Assembly: GCA_000092065.1 (NCBI GenBank)
Contig: CP000586.1
Reading direction: 5' to 3' (one strand)
DNA from: Ostreococcus lucimarinus
Lineage: Eukaryota
Length of the DNA stretch: 64,000 bases
Under the pieces are notes generated by a model, which made no database searches, was not told where the DNA came from, and saw only the letters and a list, made by a program, of their open reading frames with translations. Of the stretch, positions 29,378 to 39,641 are shown piece by piece. Within the stretch, counting starts at the first letter, position 1, and the number at the start of each line of letters is the position of its first letter. Position numbers and translations under genes: made by a program.

Positions 29378-31498
29378 ATGGGGTACGCGAGCGCGGCGGC
29401 GAGTAGCGGCGCGGCGGCGAGCGAACGGTTGGACGCGCACTCGGCGGTGGGGACGGCGGTGGCGCTGGGAGCGCTGTGGAGCGCGCGGGCGATTAGGATT
29501 GAGCTGGAGAAGCGAGGGCGGGCGGGGGGGGGGGCGGTGGTGGGGAAGGAGATGTCAGAGGAGGAGCGGGCGCGAGAGGCGGAACTGCGAGCGGAGCGAC
29601 GCGCGAGGGAAGCCGAGGCGGAGAAGGAGCGTCGACGCGCGAGAGACGAGGAAGAAGCCGCGGAGAAGGCTCGAGAGGAAGAGAGAATGCGTTTGCGAGC
29701 GGAAGCCGAGGCGAGAGCGGCGGAGGAGGAGGAAAAACGTCGAGAAGAAATGCGCGCGGAATTGCGCCGACGAAACGCCGAGGAAAAGGAACGGTTGGAG
29801 GCGAGGTTGAAAGCCGAGGCCGAGGCAAAGGCGGCGCAGCTCGCGGCGGAGCGCGCGGAGCGCGAGAAAGAGCGACTCGCGAGAGAAAAAGCGGAAGCAG
29901 AAGAGCTCGCCCGGCGCCAAGTCATCTGCGACGAGCGCGGCGAAGTCGAAATGACGGTGAGCGCGGACACAGAGGTGGTGATGAAGCGCGACAACGCCAC
30001 GGCGCCCGTGGAAGTCATCGTGACCGCGCGCGTCGGTATCAGCGAAGGTGCGACAGAAAGCGCGTCTTTCCGAAGCGCCGACGAAGCGCGCGTGGCGTCA
30101 CTTCCGCTGTGTTCCACCGTCGCCGCGAAAGCCATGACGGCGTACGGCTCGGACGCGCGCCTGCAAGACATGATGGGGAACGGGCCTTTGAGTCGACTTC
30201 CGGGCATGGACGATCTCGAGTTCGAACATTGGACGCGTGTCATGCAAGCGCGCATGGATAGCGAAATGCGGACGGCCATCGTGCGCTGCGGCGCCGCACT
30301 CGAAGTGAAGCTCCGTGAGAGTAAACGCGGCGGCACGGAGAAGAGCAAGGCGACGATTCGCTTCAAGCGCCGATGTCTACCGGCGGAAGACGAAGAGAAC
30401 ATCGTGCATCGAATGGAGTCCGCGGTGGACGCGGTGGCGGGTGAAATCATAGAAGAGATCGAAGGTCCGAGCGGTGGTTGCGATGCCGCGTCGGACATTC
30501 TCGCCGCGGTCGAGTTTTATGAGCTCGGACAACTGCACGGCTTGCATCCCTCCGTCGTATTCCCGGCAGAGCATCCGAAGACGGGGCTTTCTGGTGCGCT
30601 CATGGCGTCCATTTTGACGCTGTCGCACTTCATCAAGCGCGCTGAACGTGCGTACGCTGACGATATCCGCGTCGGCGAACGTGCGAGACAGCTCGCAGCC
30701 ACGCTCGTCGGCCGCTCCGCGAGCAAGCAAGGATCTTGGCGAGCGATGTATTTGGACGGTTTTACCGGCGACGCATTGACGTCAGCAGCGGCTATGGCGG
30801 ACACCGTGCTTCCAGAGGACGACGCCATTCGTATGTTTCTCAACGGCGCCGTCGAAGAACAGCGCCGAAGACTCGCGGGCGAAGAGCGCGCGTTCGAAGA
30901 AGAGTGGCCCGACGAAGACGAAGTTCGGAAGAAGCGCCTTAAGGAAATGCGAGAGAGTCAGCCCATCACGGAGCGTTTATACGCGTTGCGCAACTCAGCC
31001 TTACAACTCGCACAATCTGGTTCGAAAGACCAAGCGCGAATGATGCTCGAGGAAGCGTATGCGTTGCGCAAAAATGACGTAGCAAAGAACAACAAGGATC
31101 CAGAGAATACGGCGGAGACACTTCCAGAACTCATTGCTCTCGTACATTTGTTCGAAACACGTCAAGATTGGGCTGATGATTTACGAGCTATTCGACGAGA
31201 AGTTTTGAAAAGTGTTCGCGTCGCGACTGATGAAATCTCAGCCGATGGCGACGCGATCGCCGCTGTTGCGTTGCTTGAATCCGCTGTAGACGAATACGAA
31301 CCGTTTCTCGGCGAAGATGACGAATGTGTCGTCGCGTATCGAGCAGACGTCGATGCGATGTGGACGACAGCGGGTATCGACCCGGTCGAGCGCGACGAAT
31401 GTGGGGACGAGTGTATGGCGAACATCGTCGGCAGCGCCGGGGCCATCTCGATGCTTACGGAAAAATACACGAAAGAAATCGAAGTTCGTCGACGTTAG
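29378..31498 (+). CDS. Hypothetical protein with a long E/R/A-rich charged helix (single-alpha-helix or coiled-coil-like) and a conserved-looking C-terminal half. Start uncertain.
   Basis: The ORF is open from 28880 but overlaps the 5' end of the kinase CDS on the other strand. The first non-overlapping ATG is at 29378. The (EAEAKAAQLAAERAEREKERLAREKAEAEE) region is followed by roughly 500 aa of non-repetitive sequence. Confidence 0.45.
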   Translation: MGYASAAASSGAAASERLDAHSAVGTAVALGALWSARAIRIELEKRGRAGGGAVVGKEMSEEERAREAELRAERRAREAEAEKERRRARDEEEAAEKAREEERMRLRAEAEARAAEEEEKRREEMRAELRRRNAEEKERLEARLKAEAEAKAAQLAAERAEREKERLAREKAEAEELARRQVICDERGEVEMTVSADTEVVMKRDNATAPVEVIVTARVGISEGATESASFRSADEARVASLPLCSTVAAKAMTAYGSDARLQDMMGNGPLSRLPGMDDLEFEHWTRVMQARMDSEMRTAIVRCGAALEVKLRESKRGGTEKSKATIRFKRRCLPAEDEENIVHRMESAVDAVAGEIIEEIEGPSGGCDAASDILAAVEFYELGQLHGLHPSVVFPAEHPKTGLSGALMASILTLSHFIKRAERAYADDIRVGERARQLAATLVGRSASKQGSWRAMYLDGFTGDALTSAAAMADTVLPEDDAIRMFLNGAVEEQRRRLAGEERAFEEEWPDEDEVRKKRLKEMRESQPITERLYALRNSALQLAQSGSKDQARMMLEEAYALRKNDVAKNNKDPENTAETLPELIALVHLFETRQDWADDLRAIRREVLKSVRVATDEISADGDAIAAVALLESAVDEYEPFLGEDDECVVAYRADVDAMWTTAGIDPVERDECGDECMANIVGSAGAISMLTEKYTKEIEVRRR

Positions 31499-31554
31499 GT
31501 GCGAGCGACGTTTCAATGAATATTCCTCTACGTATATGTACAACTTTCTAAGCG

Positions 31555-33573
31555 CTAACCCTCTTTCGACGAGCGCGAAAACATTCGCGAAAGACTTCTA
31601 TTGATTTCTGAGAATGCGTTTTGCGTCGCCTCGCCTACGGCTACCGCTGCTCGTTTTGTCGACTCTCCCGCCGCTACCAATGTCTTCTTCGCGGACTCAT
31701 CCCAAGTCTCCGGCGCTTGTTCGATGGTTTCTTGATCCTCCGATGCTGCTTCGCGAGCGATTTGCTCGGCGGCGGCGACAGATTCCGGCAACATGCACGT
31801 CATCGCCGTCGTCGCGGCGCGAATGGTGAGATACGACGACACCGCAGGGACTAACTCAGCGACAAGAATCGGTAAATTGTCCGCCGTGAAGACGCACTCC
31901 GACATGCGCTCGTAGAGCGACACAGGCAGCGCTTTGGCGAAGGCTTCTTCGGCGGCTCGATTCGCCTCCCCAGGGCTTCCTCCTTGCGCCTTTACGAAGA
32001 CCCGAATCCTCTCCGACGCGACCGCGGCATCCCTTTGAGCGCTTCGTTCGGCGCGAGAACCAGATTCGAGAACGGTGCGAATGGCCTCGTTCGTTCGCTC
32101 TTTGGCGTCATCCCCCAATCGTGTCAACTTTTCATTAAGGATCTCGCCCAGACTTTTGACCGGCTTGTCGTCGTCCAAGAGATCCTCTGCTTCAGCGCCG
32201 CGAAACGCATCAGCCGTTTCCAAATCGTTCATCAAATCTTCCAATTCAAACTGCTCGACCGTCGGTCGCAAAGATATGACATCCACGGCGTTTGATCCGA
32301 AGAAGCACAGGAGCGCCGCGGCGATGAGGGATGGACGTAACACGGCGATGTCATCGTCTTCTCGTCCCATGATGGCTATCGCCAGGCATAATCGCATGCG
32401 AATCGTAAAGTACATCACCAACTGCGGCAACATCGTGAGAGGTGCCGTTAACGGACCTCCAATCGACAAAACCGTACCCGCGGCGAACGATTTGGACGCA
32501 TCTGCGTAAATCAACGATTTCTTCAGTTTCGACACCTCGAGCTCGGGATTGACTTCCCTGTGATGCGCGGCGAGCGCGGCGGCGCCTAATATCCCAACGT
32601 TCGGCACACCAACGCACGCGCCGCAAATTATTTTCCCAAGCATGTGATTCGCCGCGACGCTCGCACCCGATCGCTCAAACTCTGAAGATTCGCCCATCAC
32701 GACGTTCCAGAACGTCACGATGTCTCGCAGTGGTTGGTACGTTTCGAGCACAGCCTCAAATCTCGATTTGACGATATCTTGCGCAAATCGCGCGAAGTTT
32801 TGAACCCATCGACGCTCACTCATCGATGCTTCCGCCCACGCTAACGTCGAAAACTCCTCCGCGGTGGCGGTGGATCCGTCGGCGACGCGTTCGAACAGCG
32901 CCGTCGACTCCAACGATTCAACCGCAGTCGACGCCATCCCCACTCGCGACATCGCATCCATTAACGATTTCGACACCTCGCACCCATCGACGACCACGAA
33001 AACGCTCGTCACGCCAACGCGCGCGCACGCGCGCTCCAACGTTTCCTCGAGACGTTCTTCGCTCGCCGTCTCGACCGTCGTCACGACGACGACTGCGTCC
33101 GCCGTCGTCGACCGCGCGTCCTCTCGCAGCCCGCCCTCCAGGCGCCGCACCGCCACACCGCTCGGTAAACCATCCACCAACGCACATGAAGCGCTCGCGT
33201 CGTCGACTTTATCGCCTTGGCGTCGATGATCGACGACCAGCACCGTCGTCGCGCGCTCCGCGTCCCGCGCGCACGTCTCCGCGAGCGTCTTCACCACCGT
33301 CGCCGACGCCTCGCCCACGTCGCGCGGCAGCACGCGCCGCGCGAGGGTGATGTTCGCGCGTATATCGATCGAGAGCGCGCCGAGGGCGTCCTGGCGCGCG
33401 AACGCGACGGGAGCGTCAGTCGTCGATCGCGATTCGTCGCATCGGGACGGGCGCGTAACAGTATCGAGTTTGGAAGTTTTACGGCGCACCTTTTTGACGC
33501 TATCGCGCGAGACGTCGTGCCAAGCGCCGAGCGCGCGATGCGCGCGCGGGTCGTCGGGCGCGGCGGCGGACAT
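31555..33573 (-). CDS. Hypothetical conserved-looking protein with central hydrophobic/Gly-rich segments; function unknown
   Basis: 672-aa uninterrupted ORF with coding-type composition. No domain confidently recognised. Confidence 0.4.
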   Translation of the reverse strand: MSAAAPDDPRAHRALGAWHDVSRDSVKKVRRKTSKLDTVTRPSRCDESRSTTDAPVAFARQDALGALSIDIRANITLARRVLPRDVGEASATVVKTLAETCARDAERATTVLVVDHRRQGDKVDDASASCALVDGLPSGVAVRRLEGGLREDARSTTADAVVVVTTVETASEERLEETLERACARVGVTSVFVVVDGCEVSKSLMDAMSRVGMASTAVESLESTALFERVADGSTATAEEFSTLAWAEASMSERRWVQNFARFAQDIVKSRFEAVLETYQPLRDIVTFWNVVMGESSEFERSGASVAANHMLGKIICGACVGVPNVGILGAAALAAHHREVNPELEVSKLKKSLIYADASKSFAAGTVLSIGGPLTAPLTMLPQLVMYFTIRMRLCLAIAIMGREDDDIAVLRPSLIAAALLCFFGSNAVDVISLRPTVEQFELEDLMNDLETADAFRGAEAEDLLDDDKPVKSLGEILNEKLTRLGDDAKERTNEAIRTVLESGSRAERSAQRDAAVASERIRVFVKAQGGSPGEANRAAEEAFAKALPVSLYERMSECVFTADNLPILVAELVPAVSSYLTIRAATTAMTCMLPESVAAAEQIAREAASEDQETIEQAPETWDESAKKTLVAAGESTKRAAVAVGEATQNAFSEINRSLSRMFSRSSKEG

Positions 33574-33650
33574 GGGAGACGACGGCGACCGCGCGCGACG
33601 GTTTCTGGGGTGACTGGCGAGATAAAATATCTTTTCGACAACCGAGTCGG

Positions 33651-35363
33651 CTACGCCATCTCGAACGCGTTGGCGAGATTGCGCTCTTGACCTTTAGCCT
33701 TGGGAGGCGTGGGAAGAATGAACTCCTCCGCGGAGGGGTTTAAGTTGGAGGCGGCGCCGAAGTCGCGAAGACGCTCGGGGGTGTCGATTTCCGCCGCCAT
33801 GGCTTTCATGGATTGGGAAATTTCGGGAAGGTTGGAGAGATCTTGCTCGGCGATGGCGTCGATGGAGACGTCTTCTGGCGCGGAGAATTCATCGTGTTGT
33901 ATTTGGCCATCGATGAGATTCGCGATTTGTTCCTCTTCGTCCGCCTCGAACTCGGCGATGATGGCGTCAATGTCGGCGCCGGTTTCCGCGAGCATCTCGC
34001 GAAGCTTCTCCACGCGGCGTCCTTCCTGGCCGAGGCACACCAAGAGATCAGCGAGCTCTTCCTGCGCTTCCGCACTACCGGCGGCGTAACCTTCTGTATA
34101 GCCCTCTTCTTTACCTCGCTCGAACCCTCGCTCGAACGCCGCGCTTAAACTCTCTTCCGAGGCATCGACGGCGGAATCGAGCGACGTCGACCGCTCGGCG
34201 AGCTTGGCCTCCAAATCTTGTACCTTTGTGGATAGTTCGTTCGTCGTCGCGTGCGCGTGCGCCAGCTCTTCGGTAAGAGCGTCTCGATTCAATTTGATGT
34301 CTTCTAATTCCGACGCCCTCGCGTCGATCGCCGCTTGGAGTTCTGCTATCGCAGCGTCGTGCGTCGCGCGTTCGACCCAGTTTTCGTCGTCGCCACCGTC
34401 CCAGTACCACTCGCCGGTGTTTTCATCGTACTTCCATCGAGGGTCGTAATCGTAATCGTCGTGGCCTTCGTAACCTTTCCAATCGCCGCGTTCGTCACCT
34501 TGCTGCGCTTCGTAAGTCTCCGAAGCGACGATTTCTGTTTCAGTCCACTCAGTCGTCGAAGGCGCGTTCGTGTCCCACTGCGCCACCTCGGCCGCGCCCA
34601 TCGACGCGTCTTCGTGCTGCAACCACTCCTGCGTCTGCGTTTCCCATTGCGGGTGTTGTTGATCACTCTCAACTGGCGGTACGTCGGCTTCGGCCCAGCG
34701 CGGAGACCCATCCGCGGCTTCGGCCCAGTCGCTCGCGCCGCCGCCGAAATCCGCGCCTTCAGCCTCGCGGTCTCCCGCGTCGACCACCGGCGCGGGCGCA
34801 TCGCTCACCGACGTCCCGCCGACGTCGACATCATGCAATACTGGTGCTCTGTCTTCCTCTACCGCGCTCGCATCGCTCACCGTCGGCTGCATCAACGCCA
34901 GAGGCTCGCGTAAACTCTCGCTCTCATCGTCGCCGCCTTCATCCGCCGCCCGAGGCGCCGGCACGAAAAATTGCATCCCCCCGTGCGGTATGGGCGCTCC
35001 TGTCCCACCAATCGGCGCCACGCTCGGCACGAACGCGCTCACGTTCGCCATCGGCGCCGCGACCTGCGCCGAAGTCATCCCTTCCCTCGCGAAGACGTCA
35101 ACGTATCGCGCGCGCGTCCCCGCGTGAGTTGGTCCCGCGCCTCCCCCCGTCGGCGGCCCTTCCCTCGACGCGCTCGCGCTCGGCGCGTCGCCGTCTAGAG
35201 ATGCGGCCGCCATCGTCGCGTTCGGCGGCTGCATCACCGGCGGCGCGCCGATCTCCGCGGCGCCGCTCGCCGTCCCGCTCGCCGGCGCGCTCCCGTCCAC
35301 CCACGACTGCGTCTTCTCATCAAAGTAAAACGCCGACTCCAGCCCGAGCTTGGCCTTGGTCAC
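33651..35363 (-). CDS. Hypothetical acidic coiled-coil protein
   Basis: A long ORF. A predicted coiled-coil region (AIAELQAAIDARASELEDIKLNRDALTEELAHAH...) is embedded in low-complexity D/E/A-rich sequence. Confidence 0.4.
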   Translation of the reverse strand: MTKAKLGLESAFYFDEKTQSWVDGSAPASGTASGAAEIGAPPVMQPPNATMAAASLDGDAPSASASREGPPTGGGAGPTHAGTRARYVDVFAREGMTSAQVAAPMANVSAFVPSVAPIGGTGAPIPHGGMQFFVPAPRAADEGGDDESESLREPLALMQPTVSDASAVEEDRAPVLHDVDVGGTSVSDAPAPVVDAGDREAEGADFGGGASDWAEAADGSPRWAEADVPPVESDQQHPQWETQTQEWLQHEDASMGAAEVAQWDTNAPSTTEWTETEIVASETYEAQQGDERGDWKGYEGHDDYDYDPRWKYDENTGEWYWDGGDDENWVERATHDAAIAELQAAIDARASELEDIKLNRDALTEELAHAHATTNELSTKVQDLEAKLAERSTSLDSAVDASEESLSAAFERGFERGKEEGYTEGYAAGSAEAQEELADLLVCLGQEGRRVEKLREMLAETGADIDAIIAEFEADEEEQIANLIDGQIQHDEFSAPEDVSIDAIAEQDLSNLPEISQSMKAMAAEIDTPERLRDFGAASNLNPSAEEFILPTPPKAKGQERNLANAFEMA

Positions 35364-35856
35364 TTTTTTCCCTCCGCCCTGCGCCGCGCGAAAACGAGCG
35401 ATTCGCGGTCAGTGCGCGTCGTCGCGAGCCGATCTTTGGTTTCAACACGAATCTGCGGTTGACGGATTCGTGAGAGATTAGTCGCGTCTTGCGCCGCCGC
35501 GCCGCGAATTGTACGTACGAAACCGAGACGAGCAAACATGCCCTTCGGGGCGTCGTCGTTTTGGGCCATCGCGGTGCGCGCGCGCGCGGCGGTGTGCGGC
35601 GCGCGGCTCGCTCGGGACGCGGGAACGGCGGACGCGGCGGCGGCGAGCGAGCGAGCGCAGAAAGGCACGCCGAAGAGGAGACGCTCGAGAGTTGTTGTGT
35701 TATCGTCACTATTGCATTTAAACATGAGCTACTAGATCATATGTTGCGGTGAGAAAGAATGGTTACGTGGGTGGCGCGAACCGTCGTCGAGGCGCGCAGA
35801 GCGACTCGGGACCGACGCGGCTATCTAAAAGGACGCAGAACTTGACTTTTTATCGC

Positions 35857-37905
35857 CTAGTCGGTGCCTTCGTACTCACGCATGCGCGCGAGGCGCTCAT
35901 CTTCTTCCGCCATGGCTTCGGCTTCGGCGCACATGCGCTCGATCTCTTCCGCAGTCAAACGGCCGCGGTCGTGTTGCAAGGACACGTTGGCCTCGACGCC
36001 GGTGACGCGATCCTTGGCGGTGACGGTCAACAAACCGTTGGTGTTGACCTCGAAAGTGACATCAATCTTCGGTTCGCCCGCGGAAGCGCGCTCGATGCCA
36101 GAAATTTGGAACTCGCCGAGCAAGTGGTTGCCGTCGGTGTTGGAGCGTTCGCCTTCGAAAATGCGCACATCAATCTCGTCTTGGTTATCATAGACGGTGG
36201 TGAACTCGCTCTTCTTTTTGCACGGAATCGCAGTGTTGCGTTGCACAACCTTGGCGAATTGGCGACCTTCGCACTCGACACCGAGGGAAAGCGGAACGAC
36301 ATCCATGAGGAGAACGCGAGAAGTCTGCTTGTCGCGGACGCCCGCGAGAATCGCACCTTGCACGGCCGCACCGTACGCCACCGCCTCATCGGGGTGGACA
36401 GACTTGTTGAGGGTCTTGCCATCGAAGTATTCGGTGAGGATACCTTGCACGCGCGGGACACGGGTGGAACCACCGACGAGGACGATTTCGTCGACTTCTT
36501 CCTTCTTTTTGCCGGCGTCGCTGAGCACGCGCTTGACAGAGTCGAGGCAGCGTTGGAACGTCGGTTCGCAAACCTTCTCGAATTGTTCACGGGTAATCTT
36601 CATGTTGATTTCGATTTCACCGATGAAGCATTCGATGTTGGCGTGGTTGGCCACGGACAACTCGCGCTTGGCCTTTTCGCACGCCGTGCGCAACTTGCGA
36701 AGAGCCTTTTCATCGCCGGTGAAGATGTCGGCGCCGCGCTCCTTTTCAATCTCCTTTTGCGCGAAAGCCGCGAGGGACGTGTCGAAATCTTCACCACCCA
36801 AGTGCGTGTCACCGGCGGTGGAGAGCACTTCGAAGACGCCGTCTTGCAAGTTCAACAAGGACACATCGAAGGTACCACCACCGAGATCGAAGACCAAGAT
36901 GCATTGGTTCTTGATGACTTCGCCGTTTTCGCCTTCGCGGCGATCGAGGCCGTACGCGAGCGCCGCCGCGGTCGGCTCGTTGATGATACGCAAGACGTCG
37001 AGACCCGCGATGGCACCGGCATCCTTGGTTTGGCGACGCTGGGCATCGTTGAAATACGCCGGCACGGTGACGACAGCCTTGGTGATCGGGACACCGAGCT
37101 GCGCCTCGGCAGTCGCCTTCATCTTTTGCAAAACCATGGCGGAAATTTGCTCCGGGGCAAAGTCCTTCTTTTCGCCGTTCACGTCAACGGAGACGATCGG
37201 CTTGCCGCCTTCGCCTTCTTTGACATCGAACGGCATTAATTCGAGCTCGTGAGCGCACTCGCTGTATTGACGACCGATGATACGCTTGATGTTGAACAGC
37301 GTGTTCTTCGGGTTGATGGCGGCTTGGCGCTTGGCGGCGTCGCCGACGAGGCGGCCTTGCTCGGTGAACGCAACCCAAGACGGGGTGGTACGGTCGCCTT
37401 CGGCGTTCGTCAGCACGTGCGCTTCACCGTTTCTCCACACGGACACGCAAGAGTACGTCGTACCGAGATCGATACCGATGACGTGCTCGTCGAGCGTGAC
37501 GTTATCCATTTGCGCGCTCAACTTGGCCGCTTCAATCTTAGCCTTTTGCGCCAACTTGGCTTCACCCAAACCTTCAATCAAGTTGTTGTTCTTCGGGTCC
37601 ACGGTCAAACCGCGCTCGTACGCATTCATGGCGTCGTGCAAGAAACCAGCCTTGAAGAGCGCGAAACCGAGACGAGAGTACCCCTTGGCGAAATCCGGGC
37701 GCAACTCGATGCATCGGCGCGCATCCGCGCACGCCTTGGAGTGTTGGTCCAAGTTGGCGTAGCACGCGGAGCGGTTAGAGTAGAAAATGTGATCGTACGG
37801 ATCGCACTCAATCGCCTTGGTGAACTCAGCCGTGGCGGCGTAGTATCGACCGGCGGAGAACGCGTTGTTCCCAGCCGCCTTAAACTTCGCCGCTTGCTGC
37901 TTCAT
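35857..37905 (-). CDS. Atypical Hsp70 with an N-terminal Hop/STI1-like TPR domain (TPR-Hsp70 fusion). No signal peptide, no KDEL, no C-terminal EEVD.
   Basis: N-terminal 125 aa, KFKAAGNNAFSAGRYYAATAEFTKAIECDPYDHIFYSNRSACYANL...PDFAKGYSRLGFALFKAG...GLTVDPKNNNLIEGL, correspond to Hop TPR1. Then comes a complete Hsp70 (IGIDLGTTYSCV, IINEPTAAALAYGLD, VFDLGGGTFDVSLL, LVGGSTRVPRVQ, SBD VVPLSLGVE). A single uninterrupted ORF of 682 aa. ATG (cat 37903-37905). Confidence 0.85.
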   Translation of the reverse strand: MKQQAAKFKAAGNNAFSAGRYYAATAEFTKAIECDPYDHIFYSNRSACYANLDQHSKACADARRCIELRPDFAKGYSRLGFALFKAGFLHDAMNAYERGLTVDPKNNNLIEGLGEAKLAQKAKIEAAKLSAQMDNVTLDEHVIGIDLGTTYSCVSVWRNGEAHVLTNAEGDRTTPSWVAFTEQGRLVGDAAKRQAAINPKNTLFNIKRIIGRQYSECAHELELMPFDVKEGEGGKPIVSVDVNGEKKDFAPEQISAMVLQKMKATAEAQLGVPITKAVVTVPAYFNDAQRRQTKDAGAIAGLDVLRIINEPTAAALAYGLDRREGENGEVIKNQCILVFDLGGGTFDVSLLNLQDGVFEVLSTAGDTHLGGEDFDTSLAAFAQKEIEKERGADIFTGDEKALRKLRTACEKAKRELSVANHANIECFIGEIEINMKITREQFEKVCEPTFQRCLDSVKRVLSDAGKKKEEVDEIVLVGGSTRVPRVQGILTEYFDGKTLNKSVHPDEAVAYGAAVQGAILAGVRDKQTSRVLLMDVVPLSLGVECEGRQFAKVVQRNTAIPCKKKSEFTTVYDNQDEIDVRIFEGERSNTDGNHLLGEFQISGIERASAGEPKIDVTFEVNTNGLLTVTAKDRVTGVEANVSLQHDRGRLTAEEIERMCAEAEAMAEEDERLARMREYEGTD

Positions 37906-38678
37906 CGCCGGCGTGACCTGCGCGCGCGTCGTCGTCGTCCGCCTCGTCAGTCTCCCACATCGCGCGTCTCTCTCCGTCGACCGTCTCCACCGCCTCTCGC
38001 GTCCCGTCTCTCACCCCCCTCTCGCGTCCCATCGCGCGTCGCCCCACCTCGCGTCGCGCTCGCGCCTCCCTCGCGCGTCGTCCCTCGCGCGTCTTCGCCC
38101 CGCGCCCGAAGGGCCGCGCCCGGCCCTATCCGAAATCCCCATCGTCGCCCCTCCCGCGCGTCCGCCGCGCCTTCGGTCTCCCGCGCGTCCCGATCGCGTC
38201 GCGCGTCCTTTGCGCGCGTTTCACCGCGCCGTCGATCGTCCCGCGCGCCCCATCGCGCGCGCCGTCGTCCGATCGGTCGCGCGCCGCCATCCATCCATCC
38301 GTCCGCGCGCGTCGCGTCGCGGTCGCGATCGCGTTCCGCGACGCACCTGAATCAGATCGTCCTCGTCGTGCGCGACGACGGGCGCGGCGGCGGTCTTGCC
38401 TCCCTTCTTGCTGGGCGCCATCGTGTGCGGTGCGCGCGGCGAAGCGCGTCGGTGTGCGGCGCGCGCGCGCGGCGGCGGCGCGACGGGAAACCCCGCGCGC
38501 GCGCGGGGCGTCGCGCGATGCGACCGTTTTCGTGTGGGTAAACAGTCTAAAATCGGACATTCGGAGCGATCGCGCGATCGATCGCGCGCTCGGACGCGCG
38601 AAAGGCGCGTCGAGGGTCGATCGCGACGCGCGAACGGCGCGTCGCGGGTCGATCGCGACGACGGACGCGCGATCGACA
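37906..38678. promoter_or_regulatory. Divergent intergenic/promoter region between the TPR-Hsp70 (-) and histidine phosphatase (+) genes, with a strand-biased pyrimidine-rich tract on the + strand
   Basis: A 770-bp gap. Positions 37920-38340 are strongly C/T-rich on the + strand, i.e. a purine-rich leader for the minus-strand gene. No explicit HSE recognised. Confidence 0.3.
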
Positions 38679-39533
38679 ATGATGGGGCGCACACGGCGAC
38701 GCATGCGCGCCGCGCCGCGCACGTTCGACGTGCGGCGGGACGATGCGACGTCGACGTCGACGTCGACGAAACGCGTGACGTTCGTGCGACACGCCGAGGG
38801 GTTTCACAACCTGAAGGCGGCGCTGACGTTCGACACGACGTACAACTCGAGCCTGAACTTTGACGCGCGATTGACGCCGCGAGGCGAGGCGCAGTGCCGC
38901 GCGCTGGCGGAGACGCGAGGGGTGTGCGAGGATTGCGATCTGGTGGTGACGAGCTCGATGACGCGGTGCGTGCAGACGTCGCTGCTGTCGTTTCCGACGC
39001 TGACGCGCGCGGCGAGGGACGCGGTGCCGTTCGTGGCGAACGAGGACTTGAGGGAGACGGCGAACTATTGGTGCGATCGACGGCGGACGACGGAGGAGCT
39101 GGAGCGAGAGTTCGGCGATCGGGTGGATTTTTCGGCGTGCCCGATGAGGGATGAGTTGTGGGAGCGGTACGAACGAATTGCGGGGCCGCCGGACGCGTGG
39201 ACGAAGCATCGAGAGTCGTGCGACTTGTATTACGTCGCCAATCGGTGTCGAGCGTTTTTCGAGTGGCTCGAACGCAGACCGGAGCGGAGAATCGTGGTGA
39301 GCACGCACTCGGCGCTGCTGCGTTGCATGTTTTCGTACGGTCATCCCGGCGGCGTGCGCGCGGCGCCGGAACAGATTTTCGATTCCGGCGGCGTCTTTGG
39401 GGGGGACACGTCCAAGGGCGTTCCCGTGGTGAGCTACGGCGACGACGTCGACTTCGCGGCGCGCATGCGCGAAGACTTCGATAACTGCGAGTATCGCACG
39501 TGCTTCGTCGATTTCGCTCCGCGTGCGGTGTAG
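38679..39533 (+). CDS. Histidine phosphatase superfamily protein (phosphoglycerate-mutase-like, branch 1)
   Basis: VTFVRHAEGFHN (RHG motif), LTPRGEAQCRAL, and VVSTHSALLR (second catalytic His). ATG at 38679. The upstream part of the ORF, from 38430, is Arg-rich low complexity. Confidence 0.75.
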   Translation: MMGRTRRRMRAAPRTFDVRRDDATSTSTSTKRVTFVRHAEGFHNLKAALTFDTTYNSSLNFDARLTPRGEAQCRALAETRGVCEDCDLVVTSSMTRCVQTSLLSFPTLTRAARDAVPFVANEDLRETANYWCDRRRTTEELEREFGDRVDFSACPMRDELWERYERIAGPPDAWTKHRESCDLYYVANRCRAFFEWLERRPERRIVVSTHSALLRCMFSYGHPGGVRAAPEQIFDSGGVFGGDTSKGVPVVSYGDDVDFAARMREDFDNCEYRTCFVDFAPRAV

Positions 39534-39641
39534 ACCAAAAGCCTCTTCTGCTGACGCCAAGATTGAGAATATTTACTAGGGGGACGGTAAGAGGGCTCGC
39601 CGCGCGTTGTATTTGTATTAAAATCAATTCGTATTTCGCTA

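Noticed and set aside
35857-37905. The Hsp70 being BiP or an organellar Hsp70
   Set aside because: There is no N-terminal signal or transit peptide and no C-terminal KDEL/HDEL. The N-terminus is a folded TPR domain instead.
38221-39627. A 468-aa minus-strand ORF antisense to the histidine phosphatase gene
   Set aside because: Translation is almost pure R/P/S/A low complexity with no domain. The + frame carries the RHG and second-His phosphatase motifs, so the minus ORF is treated as a GC-driven artefact.
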